A DNA stretch of 64,000 bases from Epithemia pelagica (taxonomy: Eukaryota; Protista; Bacillariophyta): NCBI GenBank assembly GCA_946965045.2, contig OX337228.1, forward strand, positions 2,976,001-3,040,000, written 5' to 3'. Position numbers and translations under genes: made by a program. This document shows, one piece after another, positions 8,235-18,811 of this stretch (within the stretch, counting starts at the first letter, position 1; each line of letters starts with the position of its first letter). A model generated the notes under the pieces. The model searched no databases, was not told the DNA's origin, and was given only the letters and a program-made list of their open reading frames with translations.

Positions 8235-10090
8235 TCATAGGTAGGGCGATGGTTTTACAGCGTATGTGCCGTGTTCCAACGAGTCCAGTTGCTGTCGGTA
8301 CTTTTCCATTTCTTCGTCCGTTAACAAGCAAGAATCCAGTGCTTCTCGAATAGCCTTCTCATTAACATCAACGCCAATGAAGACCAGCTCTTGTCTTCTG
8401 TCGCCAAATTCGTCTGAAACAAAGTCGTCTTTAAGTATACGATCTAGCTCTGATCGATTGCCTTCATCGAAATATTTGGACATGGATTCCTTTGGAATGG
8501 TTGCCCACCATTTGCCTGCAGCAGTGATGCTCATGTGCCGTCCAGCTTGAGACATGAACATGGCTGTGTCGTGTCTCCAACTGTCGTTCATTGGACCCTC
8601 CCATTCATTTGGCGCAAACCAACAGAAGCCCTTTGCTCGCAGAACGCCAACAAACGGGTTCTCGTCCACGTGGGGAAGGCCGAGTTGTGGTTTTTCGATG
8701 TATTCCAAATCCAACACCTCTTTTCTTGGAATTGGCCACCGATTCAGTAAATCTAAGACACGCTGTGTCGAGAATGGTCTGCACGACTTGTACACAAAGT
8801 TACCAATGCCATGAGTATCACTGGTTGAAGAATGTGAGTGATGACTATGCGAATGACTAGTGTCGGTACAATCTGGATCGGTACACGTTGAGGCATCATG
8901 GTTGTGATCATGCGAATGGTTATGCGAGTGGTCGTTTTCGGACTCTCCTTCCGAAGGTTGAGAATGGCCATGGCTATGTTCATGAGAATGACAGAGATGG
9001 GAGCTCTCGGTTTCCCCACCTACTAAAGTTGAAGCTCCTTTCCCGGCCAACAGTTCACTCGGGGAAAGTCTCCCAAATTCAACTCGTCGAAAATCAGCCT
9101 TTTGATTCAAGGCCGAGGCAACCCTGTACGCAATTTCAACCTGCTCATTCGTAGCCATATCAACTTTATTCAACAAAACCAAATCGGCTGCTTCCACTTG
9201 CTCCGCCAGAAGTTCGGATACCTGTTGATCACTTGCAGACGTAGGGTTCATTGGATTCTCCCAACCTGGTCTTTCAAGAACAGTGTCCCACGTCATGTAA
9301 TCCGTTCCAAACGTTTGAGAATCAATCAGAGTGACCACCTTTTCGACGACAGCATTTTTACGCACGTGCGCTGGTGCCTGTATTCAAAAGTCAATCACAA
9401 GAATCAAACCGAACAGCGTGAATCGAAAGTCGAAAAAAGATATTGTCATCTAGAGTTGAAACTGTACCATCTTCCAATTGTTGCGAACTGCAATTGGATC
9501 TCCGACACCCGAAACTATTTTGTAGGGAAAACAAGCGACAAGGAAAACATCACACGTATGAGCATTCCAAGATCTTCGATGCCGACAAAACCTCGATAAG
9601 ACACCAGTGTGCACTCACGTTCAACAACAATCGCATCCAAGTCTCTATTGTCCATCATTCTTTCAACTGAAAAGAAAAGTTCATCAGCAAGAGAGCAGCA
9701 TGCACATCCATTTTGAAGTTCCAGCATATTGTCCGCCATGCCAGCGACCAATTTCGAGTCAATGTTGACAGACGCGACGTCGTTCACAATTACCCCTATC
9801 TTCACATTTTCCTTATTTTCAAGCAAATGCTTCAATGTGCTGGTCTTTCCAGTACCAAGAAAACCCGCCACTAAGGTCACTGGAACTGGTTTCTGGACAG
9901 GCATGTTGTCTTGAGCGCACGCAGAGGACTGACTTGAACTGGCGAGGGAGATCAGACGATAAAGAGGGTTGTTTTGGAAGCGTGTTCGAGTACATGCCGC
10001 ACCCGAACGCATGCCCTGGAATCCAAAGGTCGTCGATATCCGCGAATAAGACATCAGTTGCAAACTGCATAAAATCATTTTTCTCATCAT
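8235..10090 (-). CDS. COG0523/CobW-family (ZNG1-like) G3E GTPase metallochaperone with His-rich linker; join(10090..9619, 9514..9468, 9377..8235)
   Basis: Walker A GFLGTGKT, VIVNDVASVNID, metal site GCACCS, spliced VVELSGVGDP, His-rich stretch, and CobW_C (RAKGFCW ... DRRQELVFIG). Splice sites are GT-AG and the frame is conserved. The N-terminus resembles a targeting presequence. Confidence 0.9.
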
Positions 10091-10560
10091 GGTATATGGT
10101 ATATGGTATTTCTGCTTGTTTTCCGTTTTTTACTCGATCCCCTTGGACTTGGATCTTTGCGACAAAAAGGATTCCCACTCCCCTCAGACATCATTGAAAA
10201 TGAAAGGCCTCCCGCCTTATTTACCATTTAGGCCCTGGCAGGGGTAGACGGTTCGGCGCGCAGCGCGTGACGATGGTCCAGCTCTCCCTCACTATTTGTC
10301 ATGTCCACAATTCATTCATCGGACTGCGAGTAAGAATGCGAAAAGTTATCCCTACCATGTTCTCTATCTTCATATCATGACTGTTCAGACAACAACAACA
10401 TATACAAGATCTTTGTTCACCTATTAAAAACATAACCGCAGAAATGTCATGTCATGTCTCGGCCATCGAATCAATTCAATTGTCCAAAACGATGAGGAAC
10501 CTGGAGTGGTCATAAACCACTCAAGAACAAGAATGTCCCACATCATTGATCCTTGTGCCT

Positions 10561-13017
10561 TCAGGGCTTTTTGTTCATCAACATCAATGATTCAGCTGCA
10601 TCAGTGTCCATTTCCGCCACCTCAAAAACATCTTTTGTTCTTGATGAATCATTTGACACTTCGGCCATGCCTCGTTTCTTGAAAGGACGACTTGGGGGGT
10701 CTTTTGCAACAGCCGTAGCGGTTGGCCCATTCCACGAACTGTCTGGAGCGGGTCTCTTTTTCTTTTCCAACTTCTTTGTCGCGTCTTCGAAACTTATTTT
10801 TTTCTGGATTTTCTGATCACCGTCACGAACTGGCCTCAGGCATAACAAAAGTTCTTTCTGAACCTCCTGGTCCCCTTTCTCCTCCCGCTGCTGTTCCGGC
10901 TCCGATGACCTTCCCACTATTGAAGAAGGATTAGACTTTCTCTCAGTCCCCGATACGCTCTCAACTGCGTCTTCCTCAGGTTCCTTGGTTCTTATCGATG
11001 AAGTCACTTCGCACCAAATCGTAGTCAGGTCTTTCCGTATTAAACAGATGTTGCAGGTTGGAGCAATAGGCTTTCGGCGCCCTTCGCATCAAAAAGGGGG
11101 AGATTCGTGTTAGCAATTTCTGATCATTCTAGAGTGTTTTTCTCAGCGACAGTGATAGACGTACCATTTGAGCCAGATGACTCGCTCACTGATGAAGACG
11201 TTTCTTCCCGCGAATCGTTGGATTCCCGATAGCCAGAATCGTCTTCCGAAGACGAAGCCTCTGGTCGATGCTGAAGAGATGATAAACGCGCACTCGCATT
11301 ATTAGCTGTGACGTCTGCTCCAGTTACATCGTCTTTGTAACCACTCCCCAATTCTGCCTTCATCTTCTTGTTATGAATCCGAACGTTTCGCTCCAAGTTC
11401 GTGTTAGCTTTCTGTACATTTTTTGCATTTGTCGAGAGAGAACTGGAGTTGGAAAGGTCACTACTGGGATTCTTACTTCCGCCACAGTTATCTTTTCCAC
11501 CTCCATTGCCCTTGGTCGCATCCAAGAATACAGCAGACGTTGACCTTTGGGATGAGGTGAGAGAAGAGAAGTGTTTTCCGGGATAAGTCGAGTTATCCGA
11601 GTTATCAGTCGATGTACCATTTTCTTGTTTATTCCCTCGCTTTGCCTCTACCTGAACAACAGAGAGTGGGAAAGAGGGCTCCGATACTGCAGCAGCTCCG
11701 CCATCGGTGGCTGAGTTTTCTGCTCCTGAGCTTATTCCTCCAGTTGTGATATTACTTTCCCCTTGATCGGAGGCTTCCGTAGCGTTGTTTCCAACAAGCG
11801 GACCCTTTCTATGCGCGGAGACCGTTCCTGGTTTCCTTTGATCTCCCTTTTTCCCCAAAAGCTGCTTGATCAACCGATTCAGTTTGTCCTTGGATGCTGG
11901 TACCAAAAGATCGGCCAGATTCATCCCGTCCATTTCTTTCACGTCGTATCGTAAAACCCGTTCTACTTGCGCACTGCAGAAAGTAATGTTGCCTTCAACT
12001 CCAATCACAATAACCATGTCTGGAAGAAGGGACAAAATCAAGGCCTGTCTTTTCAAACGAGCATTCAGTTCTGTCATCTCTTGTACATAGGCTTTCTTCC
12101 GGGCTCTGGATGTTGAGGCCGATTTTCTGTTTGCTATTCTCTTTGCGTTTCTCTTTTCTTCTTTACGTTTCGCGTCGGCCAGCAGCAACGACACTGTTTG
12201 CGGAATGGGTTGCTTGATTTGTTCTAGCAACTGAATATGTTGTTCTGGTATCGAGACACAAACAAGAGGGTCCCCTAGTTAGAGGGGTAGAATGGTAAAA
12301 TATGGGAAGCACAACACGAGACTTACGGAGTTGATCCAATGACCAGTTCTGCATATTAGGCATCGCAACGGCGCCCGGTACGGCTGCCGAAGCCGCAGCG
12401 GCCGCAACTGCCACCTCAGCACCTGTTGGATGGCGTAGCAGAGGGTTGCTAGCAGTCGTCATAGGTTGTGTTGGAAAGGGAGCGGGAGCAGTTGGCGGAG
12501 GAGCCTTGGTCGAAGTCCCAACACCTGACAGGAGTGCAGCTAGCTGTGATGTGATGGCATTCTGTTGTTGCTGTTGTTGATGATGATGATTCTGTTGATG
12601 GCCGGCACTGCTAGGAGCTGGTGGTGGTGCAGCAGTTCCTATTTGAGGGATTTGTGGCAAAAGGCTAGACACCGGAGTGGAGTTGGGCAACAGGTGTTTG
12701 TTCGCAGCTGCCACCACAGCCGAAGAACTCATTATGGAAGCCAGCGTTTGAAAGGTGTCGGCGGCAGCTTTCGCGGCTGCTGATGCTGGAACCGATGCAG
12801 GAGTGGCTGGTGCATGCGCACCAACCTGGGCTGGTGGTACAGATGATTGTGCTTGCTGTTGCTGTGCTTGTTGTAAGATCTGAGCAGCCGCCAAGGCCAA
12901 GTGGTTGCTGCTGCTGGTATTCGAAGGAGCGGGAGTCGCTACAGTCGATGGCAGTGTTGCCTGTTCCTTCTGTGAGACCGAAGTCGTGTCCATCATGGGA
13001 GACTTTTTTCTGGCCAT
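10561..13017 (-). CDS. bZIP-PAS transcription factor; join(13017..12327, 12244..11165, 11081..10561)
   Basis: Basic region KRIANRKSASTSRARKK plus a short zipper, followed by the PAS N-half (LPDMVIVIGVEGNITFCSAQVERVL). The PAS C-terminal strands CNICLIRKDLTTIWCEVTSSIR are in exon 3. Gln/Ala-rich N-terminus. Two GT-AG introns; total length 2292 nt, in frame. Confidence 0.85.
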
Positions 13018-14518
13018 TTTACTGGCTTCACGATCCGCAGGGACTTTTGCGATCCTAGCAGCCAGTGGTTCTAGTGGTTATCCAAGAAGCTGTTTTCCCC
13101 TTCTTCGACCGCCAAGAACTTGTTGATTGGGTGGGGTCAACGAGAAAACACACGTTTGCTTCCAAAGCTGATGGCTGATGGTTTACTCCGCAAAAAAAGC
13201 TTTCCGTTCGTCCACTTCTCGCAGACAATGGCAGCGCTAACAATCAACCGCAGCAAAGATGCCTATTGTTCACAGTCTCGCTCCACGAAGATTCTTTATC
13301 AGGATGATGCGTCTCTTGGTAGTCGATTATGTTGTTTGGTTTGGTTTGATACCACCAAGTCGATGATAAATCATGTTGTGTGGATGGTTCTCTGTCTTTG
13401 TCGCTCTCCAGCTGTGCTGTCTTCTCATTTGATGACCGGGCTTGGTCGAGCAGATGGCGGCCATCTGTTCACCCACTATCTCGCTCCCAATGTCTTGTGC
13501 TCCTGGTAATGTGCATAATAAGAAAGGATTCCAAACGCTAAAGAAGAAAAAGAATGAGTCCCTGTTGCAGTCATGTTTCTGTCGTCTTCATCGGCGCTTT
13601 CGTGCTATAAACCAGATGCCGAAACACACAAAATTACGTAACTATGTTTCGGGTCGCTGCAGTTGTTCTTTTCTGGGATTCTATTTAACGGATAGCCAAA
13701 GAAACCTGTTGCGTCATTGTCTTACGTCAATGCATATCATCGTTTCCCTGCACTGGCTTCCAAGCTGGGTGAAGCACGCCGGTTCCATGTTTCGCGACCT
13801 CAATAATTCCTTTTCTCTTTCTTTTTCGCCCATGTTCTGGATTCTGACCAGGGATATCGCGTCTGTCGTCTGTCCCATGTCCCATGTCCCATGTCCGATA
13901 TTCCGGTGATGATGCATGTGCCCACATTTATTAGAGGGGGGACTCCATTTTGTTCAGACTACCCCCACTTTTTTCTTTGACAAAGATACGCAAGATCATG
14001 ATGTTCATCGCATAGACAACAACGGTCCATGACTGTTGGATTAACGCAGTCCTGCTTGGCAACCAAAACTTCGAGGAAACAATTGTTTTCGGTTTTCCAG
14101 CAGTTGAGAATTGGAGCCATAGTGCGAGCTCTGGCGATCACATGAACAAGATCCGTCGCAACATAAAAATGGGGTCTATACTTGCAGCTGCGGTGCACAA
14201 TGAACAGATGTTATGAGACAGAATTAGATCAACAAGTAGTGACCAAAACCCTCCTCTCCACCGACACAACAAGGACGCATTGTGTCATGTTTAATTTTAT
14301 TCCTTTCGAATCTCTGCTGGGTCTTACTTGGGTACCGTACGAACTGGTGTGAGGGGAAAAATTGCTTTGAAGCAGTTGGATGTTGAATGGACCCTGACTA
14401 CTCTATCCACACTATGCACGTAACATATATGGTAACCGTCTTTGCCTTGAACTATCTCGTTTGTGCGTGGTAATGAGAAATCTATTGTGGCAATCGAGTA
14501 GATTGAAAGGAACGGTCT

Positions 14519-14949
14519 CTATTTGCTTCCCATCGATGCAACTGACGGTGTATGTATCACAACATCACTGAATCCCATTTCCTTCAGTTGTCGGTCCGAA
14601 TATCCTTTATTCCGGAAGTCGTTTGCTTGTACCTTCTCTGTTTCAATCATCTGTAAAAACCAAGAGCCGGCAAAAAGTTAGATCATGTCATACCAAGACC
14701 CGTTCGTGAATTGCCATTTTCCTTGATACTTGCCTCTCCTTCTCGCGCAATTTCAAACAAAAGCGGCATGAGGACAAGTACCGACGAAGTCGCTACTACA
14801 AAAGCAGCTTGTCCGCCCCATTTGTAAGTAAACATGGCCGCGGTGGCACCTGCGTGAGCAACCCACGTTCCCGTGCTGTGAACAAACTTTCCTGTTCGTT
14901 GAATCATTCCCTTGATGCCACCACTCCCGGATCTGGATTCCTTGGACAT
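14519..14949 (-). CDS. TOM22: Mitochondrial import receptor TOM22 (short, plant TOM9-like); join(14949..14734, 14650..14519)
   Basis: GGQAAFVVATSSVLVLMPLLFEIAREG matches the TOM22/TOM9 transmembrane segment. The intron has a GCAAGT donor and a TTACAG acceptor. 116 codons including the stop. Confidence 0.75.
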
Positions 14950-15142
14950 GTTTGTTCTCTGATATACTCGACTTTCCGTCTTCAATCGTCTGGTCTTGCA
15001 ATGTGGATGCGCTCCTTTGTGTGGTGGAGTGTGGAGGGAGGATATGCTACAGCTACAGGTTGTGGTGGGGCATAACTTATTCGCGACCGAAGAGCAAATG
15101 AGTTTTTTCATCACGGGGTGTAGGTGTTTTCTAAAAGAGACC

Positions 15143-17287
15143 ATGGACAACAGCGACGGGGGCCTTGCATCGTCGGCATGGACAGATCCTGTTGGTTCCA
15201 CCGATGGAAATGACCTTCCAGAACCTGACTACAGCAATCTGGATCTATCATTTGATGAAGTAATTGAATTTGACGGAACTCGCACTCCGCTGAGTCAGGC
15301 CTTGAATGGTCTGGAAAAAAGTGAAGAGCGTCAAGAGCATCGCCAATCAGCAAGGGTTGCCTCCGAGCTTGGAACAAACAGCAGTGAGATAACACTGTTT
15401 TCTGAGGAAGAATACATACTGGGTACTTTGGTTGTTCGTGTGGTGGCGGCCAGAGATTTGACTCCAGTGGAGAACAACTCTGGTGGAGGGATTGGCTCTC
15501 TGCTTGGTTTGAATGCCTCGTCTTCGCAGCGACGATCACGCTTGGGAGGAGGCGGTGGTGGTTCACGAAACTATGACAAACGTGGAGGTGGAGGTGGGGC
15601 CAATCCCTATGCCTCGGTTCGATTTGGCAGTTCCATACAAAGAACATCGCAAGTGTTTGATAGCACTGATCCCATCTGGCCTCGAGGGGAAAATATGTTT
15701 CTCGATGTAACACATCCAGTGCGAATACCTCAAGCATCTTCAGCGACTCATAAACCAAATAACATGGAGGATACAGCTCCATCGAATACAACCAGTGAAG
15801 AATCATCGATATCACTTCAAAAGCCACCACCAAAAGCGACTTCAGAGAGTCACCCAGGTGATCCACCCAAGAAACCATCAGTATCCGTGGCAACAAATTC
15901 TGCTGGCTCCTCAGATCGAAACTTTATCACCATGGCAAGTCTTTCTGGGAACACACCACAGCCACGACGACCGATTCTTGTTGTAGCAATCTTTCACGCC
16001 GCTACGAAAGATATCGGAGGAAAACGCTACAACCCCTCCAAAGTGTCGAAATCCAGCAGCGGTGATAGCGATGATGTCTTCTTGGGTATGGCCGCCATTG
16101 ATATAACAACGTTGCTAACTGGAAAAGACCACAGTATAGATGCATGGTTGCCCTTGTCGGGTGGTCCATCCAACAACAACAATGACAACAGAAACAACGG
16201 TACCATGCAAAATGCCAAATCAGGATCAGTTCGCATCGTATGTGAATACGAGGCGAGTGACGCACCTCCACGACCGGGAGATCTAGTTCGCTTTACGGGA
16301 TACTGTAATCCTGTCGATCTGTACCCACTGCATCACAATGAACTTTACAAAGTCGAAGAAGATCATGAAATTGATCGTCATTTGAACCAGCACCACGACA
16401 CCAGACGAGAAAGTAACACTGAACTTCCCAATTATGACAATGAGGATTATGTCACCATATCTTTCACCACACCAGAAGGGTGGACCTGCTCGACGGTGGC
16501 TCATCGATACATGCTTCTTTGTGAAGAACGTCATCAAGGTGCCCTCTTGGAAGTATATCAAGATGGTTTTGTAACGTTAGGAGAACGATTTTCGCGTTCT
16601 CCATTGGTCCATACTTTACAGGATTCGTTGGAGAGATTACCGGATGAGGGCTTGGTATCTTTGGGCGTGGCTGCCTTACAAGGAGGAGGTTCGTTGTTCC
16701 AACGATGGATTCGTGAGGGCGTGAACACTGTGGTACAAGACATTGTTCATGCCACCAACCTGGATGGGCGAAATGACCCCTCTGCCGAAGAGAGACTTGC
16801 CGAAGATTCGAATGACGAATTTTACGAGGCGCGTGAGGTGGAAGACGATCCTCAACAGCATCATGATTCATCGCGTCGAACCAGCGAAAGCACAACAGGT
16901 TCCACTCAAAGCTTGGACGCGAAGCTCAACAGCGCCGAGCAATCGTCGGCTTCGACAGCAGCCACTGCTTTACCAAACATGCCTTGTTGTCCCATTACTG
17001 GTGAACCCATGTCTGATCCCGTGGTCGCTGCTGATGGACATACCTACGAACGCTTTGCCATCGCTCGATGGCTCAAGACGAGTGATAAGAGTCCTTTGAC
17101 GGTATCTTTGCTACCGCACAAAAATTTGGTGACAAATTACATGCTCATGTCCAGCTTGCAGCAACTAGATGCTGCTAGCTCAACCACTGCAGCTGCAGCG
17201 CAAGCGGAACCTGAGTTTCCATCGCAAGTGGTGACGAGTACACTTGAAAGTGAGATAGTCGGTCTTGAAGATCAAGACTTGAAATGA
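15143..17287 (+). CDS. C2-domain plus U-box protein (putative E3 ubiquitin ligase)
   Basis: C2 strands GTLVVRVVAARDL, NPYASVRFG, FLGMAAIDI, GSVRIVCEYE. C-terminal U-box CPITGEPMSDPVVAADGHTYERFAIARWL...SPLT...LVTNY. Confidence 0.85.
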   Translation: MDNSDGGLASSAWTDPVGSTDGNDLPEPDYSNLDLSFDEVIEFDGTRTPLSQALNGLEKSEERQEHRQSARVASELGTNSSEITLFSEEEYILGTLVVRVVAARDLTPVENNSGGGIGSLLGLNASSSQRRSRLGGGGGGSRNYDKRGGGGGANPYASVRFGSSIQRTSQVFDSTDPIWPRGENMFLDVTHPVRIPQASSATHKPNNMEDTAPSNTTSEESSISLQKPPPKATSESHPGDPPKKPSVSVATNSAGSSDRNFITMASLSGNTPQPRRPILVVAIFHAATKDIGGKRYNPSKVSKSSSGDSDDVFLGMAAIDITTLLTGKDHSIDAWLPLSGGPSNNNNDNRNNGTMQNAKSGSVRIVCEYEASDAPPRPGDLVRFTGYCNPVDLYPLHHNELYKVEEDHEIDRHLNQHHDTRRESNTELPNYDNEDYVTISFTTPEGWTCSTVAHRYMLLCEERHQGALLEVYQDGFVTLGERFSRSPLVHTLQDSLERLPDEGLVSLGVAALQGGGSLFQRWIREGVNTVVQDIVHATNLDGRNDPSAEERLAEDSNDEFYEAREVEDDPQQHHDSSRRTSESTTGSTQSLDAKLNSAEQSSASTAATALPNMPCCPITGEPMSDPVVAADGHTYERFAIARWLKTSDKSPLTVSLLPHKNLVTNYMLMSSLQQLDAASSTTAAAAQAEPEFPSQVVTSTLESEIVGLEDQDLK

Positions 17288-17360
17288 AACCATGGCATCT
17301 ACTTGTATCACTGCAATTGATATGGCTCACTAGTGTAATAGATTTAACCTTGTTGAACAG

Positions 17361-18416
17361 CTAGACTTTATGACGCAGTCGATTAAGGTGTTGATACAGA
17401 AAACGTGTGAATGGCAAGTCTCCCTCTCGATGAGGTTGTTGTTGCCCCTCGTCGTGGTGAAGACTACCAGACTCTTGCTCTTTTTCCACAAGACGAAACT
17501 TGTGGTCCCACCTGTATTTGGCAGGAAAACGTGCCACTTGTTGCCCGGTTGAGTTCTGTTCCATAACGTCGATTTCTTTGTCCACAATGGTAAGATGTAG
17601 GAATTGTGCCATGGGATGCTGCAAGGCTTCCTGATAAAGCTTCTCACCACCGGCCACCCAACAATCAATCATGTTTATGGCGGGCATGATATCGCCACTG
17701 CTAGTCAATGTAGATTGGATTTCAGTATCCTCCTCTTGCTTTATTTTTGACGAAGAAGACAGATGGGACGCTTCCTTCAATGCTTGTGAAAACGAGTTGA
17801 CCGCAATGACAGGATGCGAAACAGTTGGTAGCTGTGCAAGAGATTCTTTAGCGTCCTCCGCACTGAGAGTCTTGGACACAACGATTGTGGCTCTCGCATG
17901 CGAAAGATGGGACAGAGTCGGCGTCTCAAATAACGTGTTTCGCCCAATTATCAACAGTTTATTGCGAGTCAAGTCTTCAAAGAACTGACGATCTGCAGGC
18001 AAGTTCCATGGAAGACCACCTCCCACGCCTATTATACGATTTTTTGACATGGCACAGACAATTCCAAACTTGCAAGCAGCATTGCCAGATATGTTCGAGT
18101 TTGAAATTGTTTCGTCCTATGTGTCAATAAAACAACAAACGAAAGGATCCGATGAGAGTCCGATGTTCGAGTTAGCGAGCGAAGAAAAAACATGAGATGA
18201 CCAGAGATTCTATGGACGTACCGTGGTGGAAACGTTTTTCGTTTCAGTTCGACGTTGCCGATTGGGAGAACCGGCTGGAGCGCACCAAGAAAGTTCCTTC
18301 ACCGAAAAGGATCGACGCATTGGAAGCTTCTTGGTCGTTCCCAGTATAAGAGTAGAGCGAAGGGTGGTCGAAGGCGCCAGGGCACCCTTACACCGAACAA
18401 CCATTGACAAAACCAT
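17361..18416 (-). CDS. Monofunctional dihydrofolate reductase (FolA-like) with N-terminal transit peptide; join(18416..18222, 18116..17361)
   Basis: CAMSKNRIIG, LPWNLPADRQFF (catalytic Asp), IIGRNT, WVAGGEKLYQEAL and LHLTIVD. No thymidylate synthase domain before the stop. Exon 1 is Arg/Ser/Thr-rich. Confidence 0.8.
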
Positions 18417-18811
18417 TCTTTCAACTATGTATCAATGCGGCTAAGTCGCCCGTCGCCGGATGTCAATGTTTGGTTCATTCCCAATTTCATTCTTTCGTTG
18501 TTCTGATGAATGCGATTCAGAAGAGAGATGGAATAATGAAAATGACGTCAGCAGTCAGCATCTTCAGTCGCTCACACTTTCAGCGACTGCGCAACCAGAG
18601 CTATTTGGTTTTGAGCTCAAAAACTATGATGCACTATTTCACGGTGTCTCGGGCCACTCGCTTTACCACGTTAACGATAATAAGAACACAAAGACACACA
18701 GCTACTCTTCTCGGTGTGTCCAAGTTTGTGTTGAACCTTGGCCATTGCCAAGGTGTCTGTTGGCTGAGTCTGCCTTGTTTGAGTTTCATCGGGGCACATT
18801 GTGTTGAACTC

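Noticed and set aside
10561-13017. Aureochrome (bZIP-LOV) photoreceptor
   Set aside because: The flavin-binding GRNCRFLQG motif is absent; it is a generic PAS domain.
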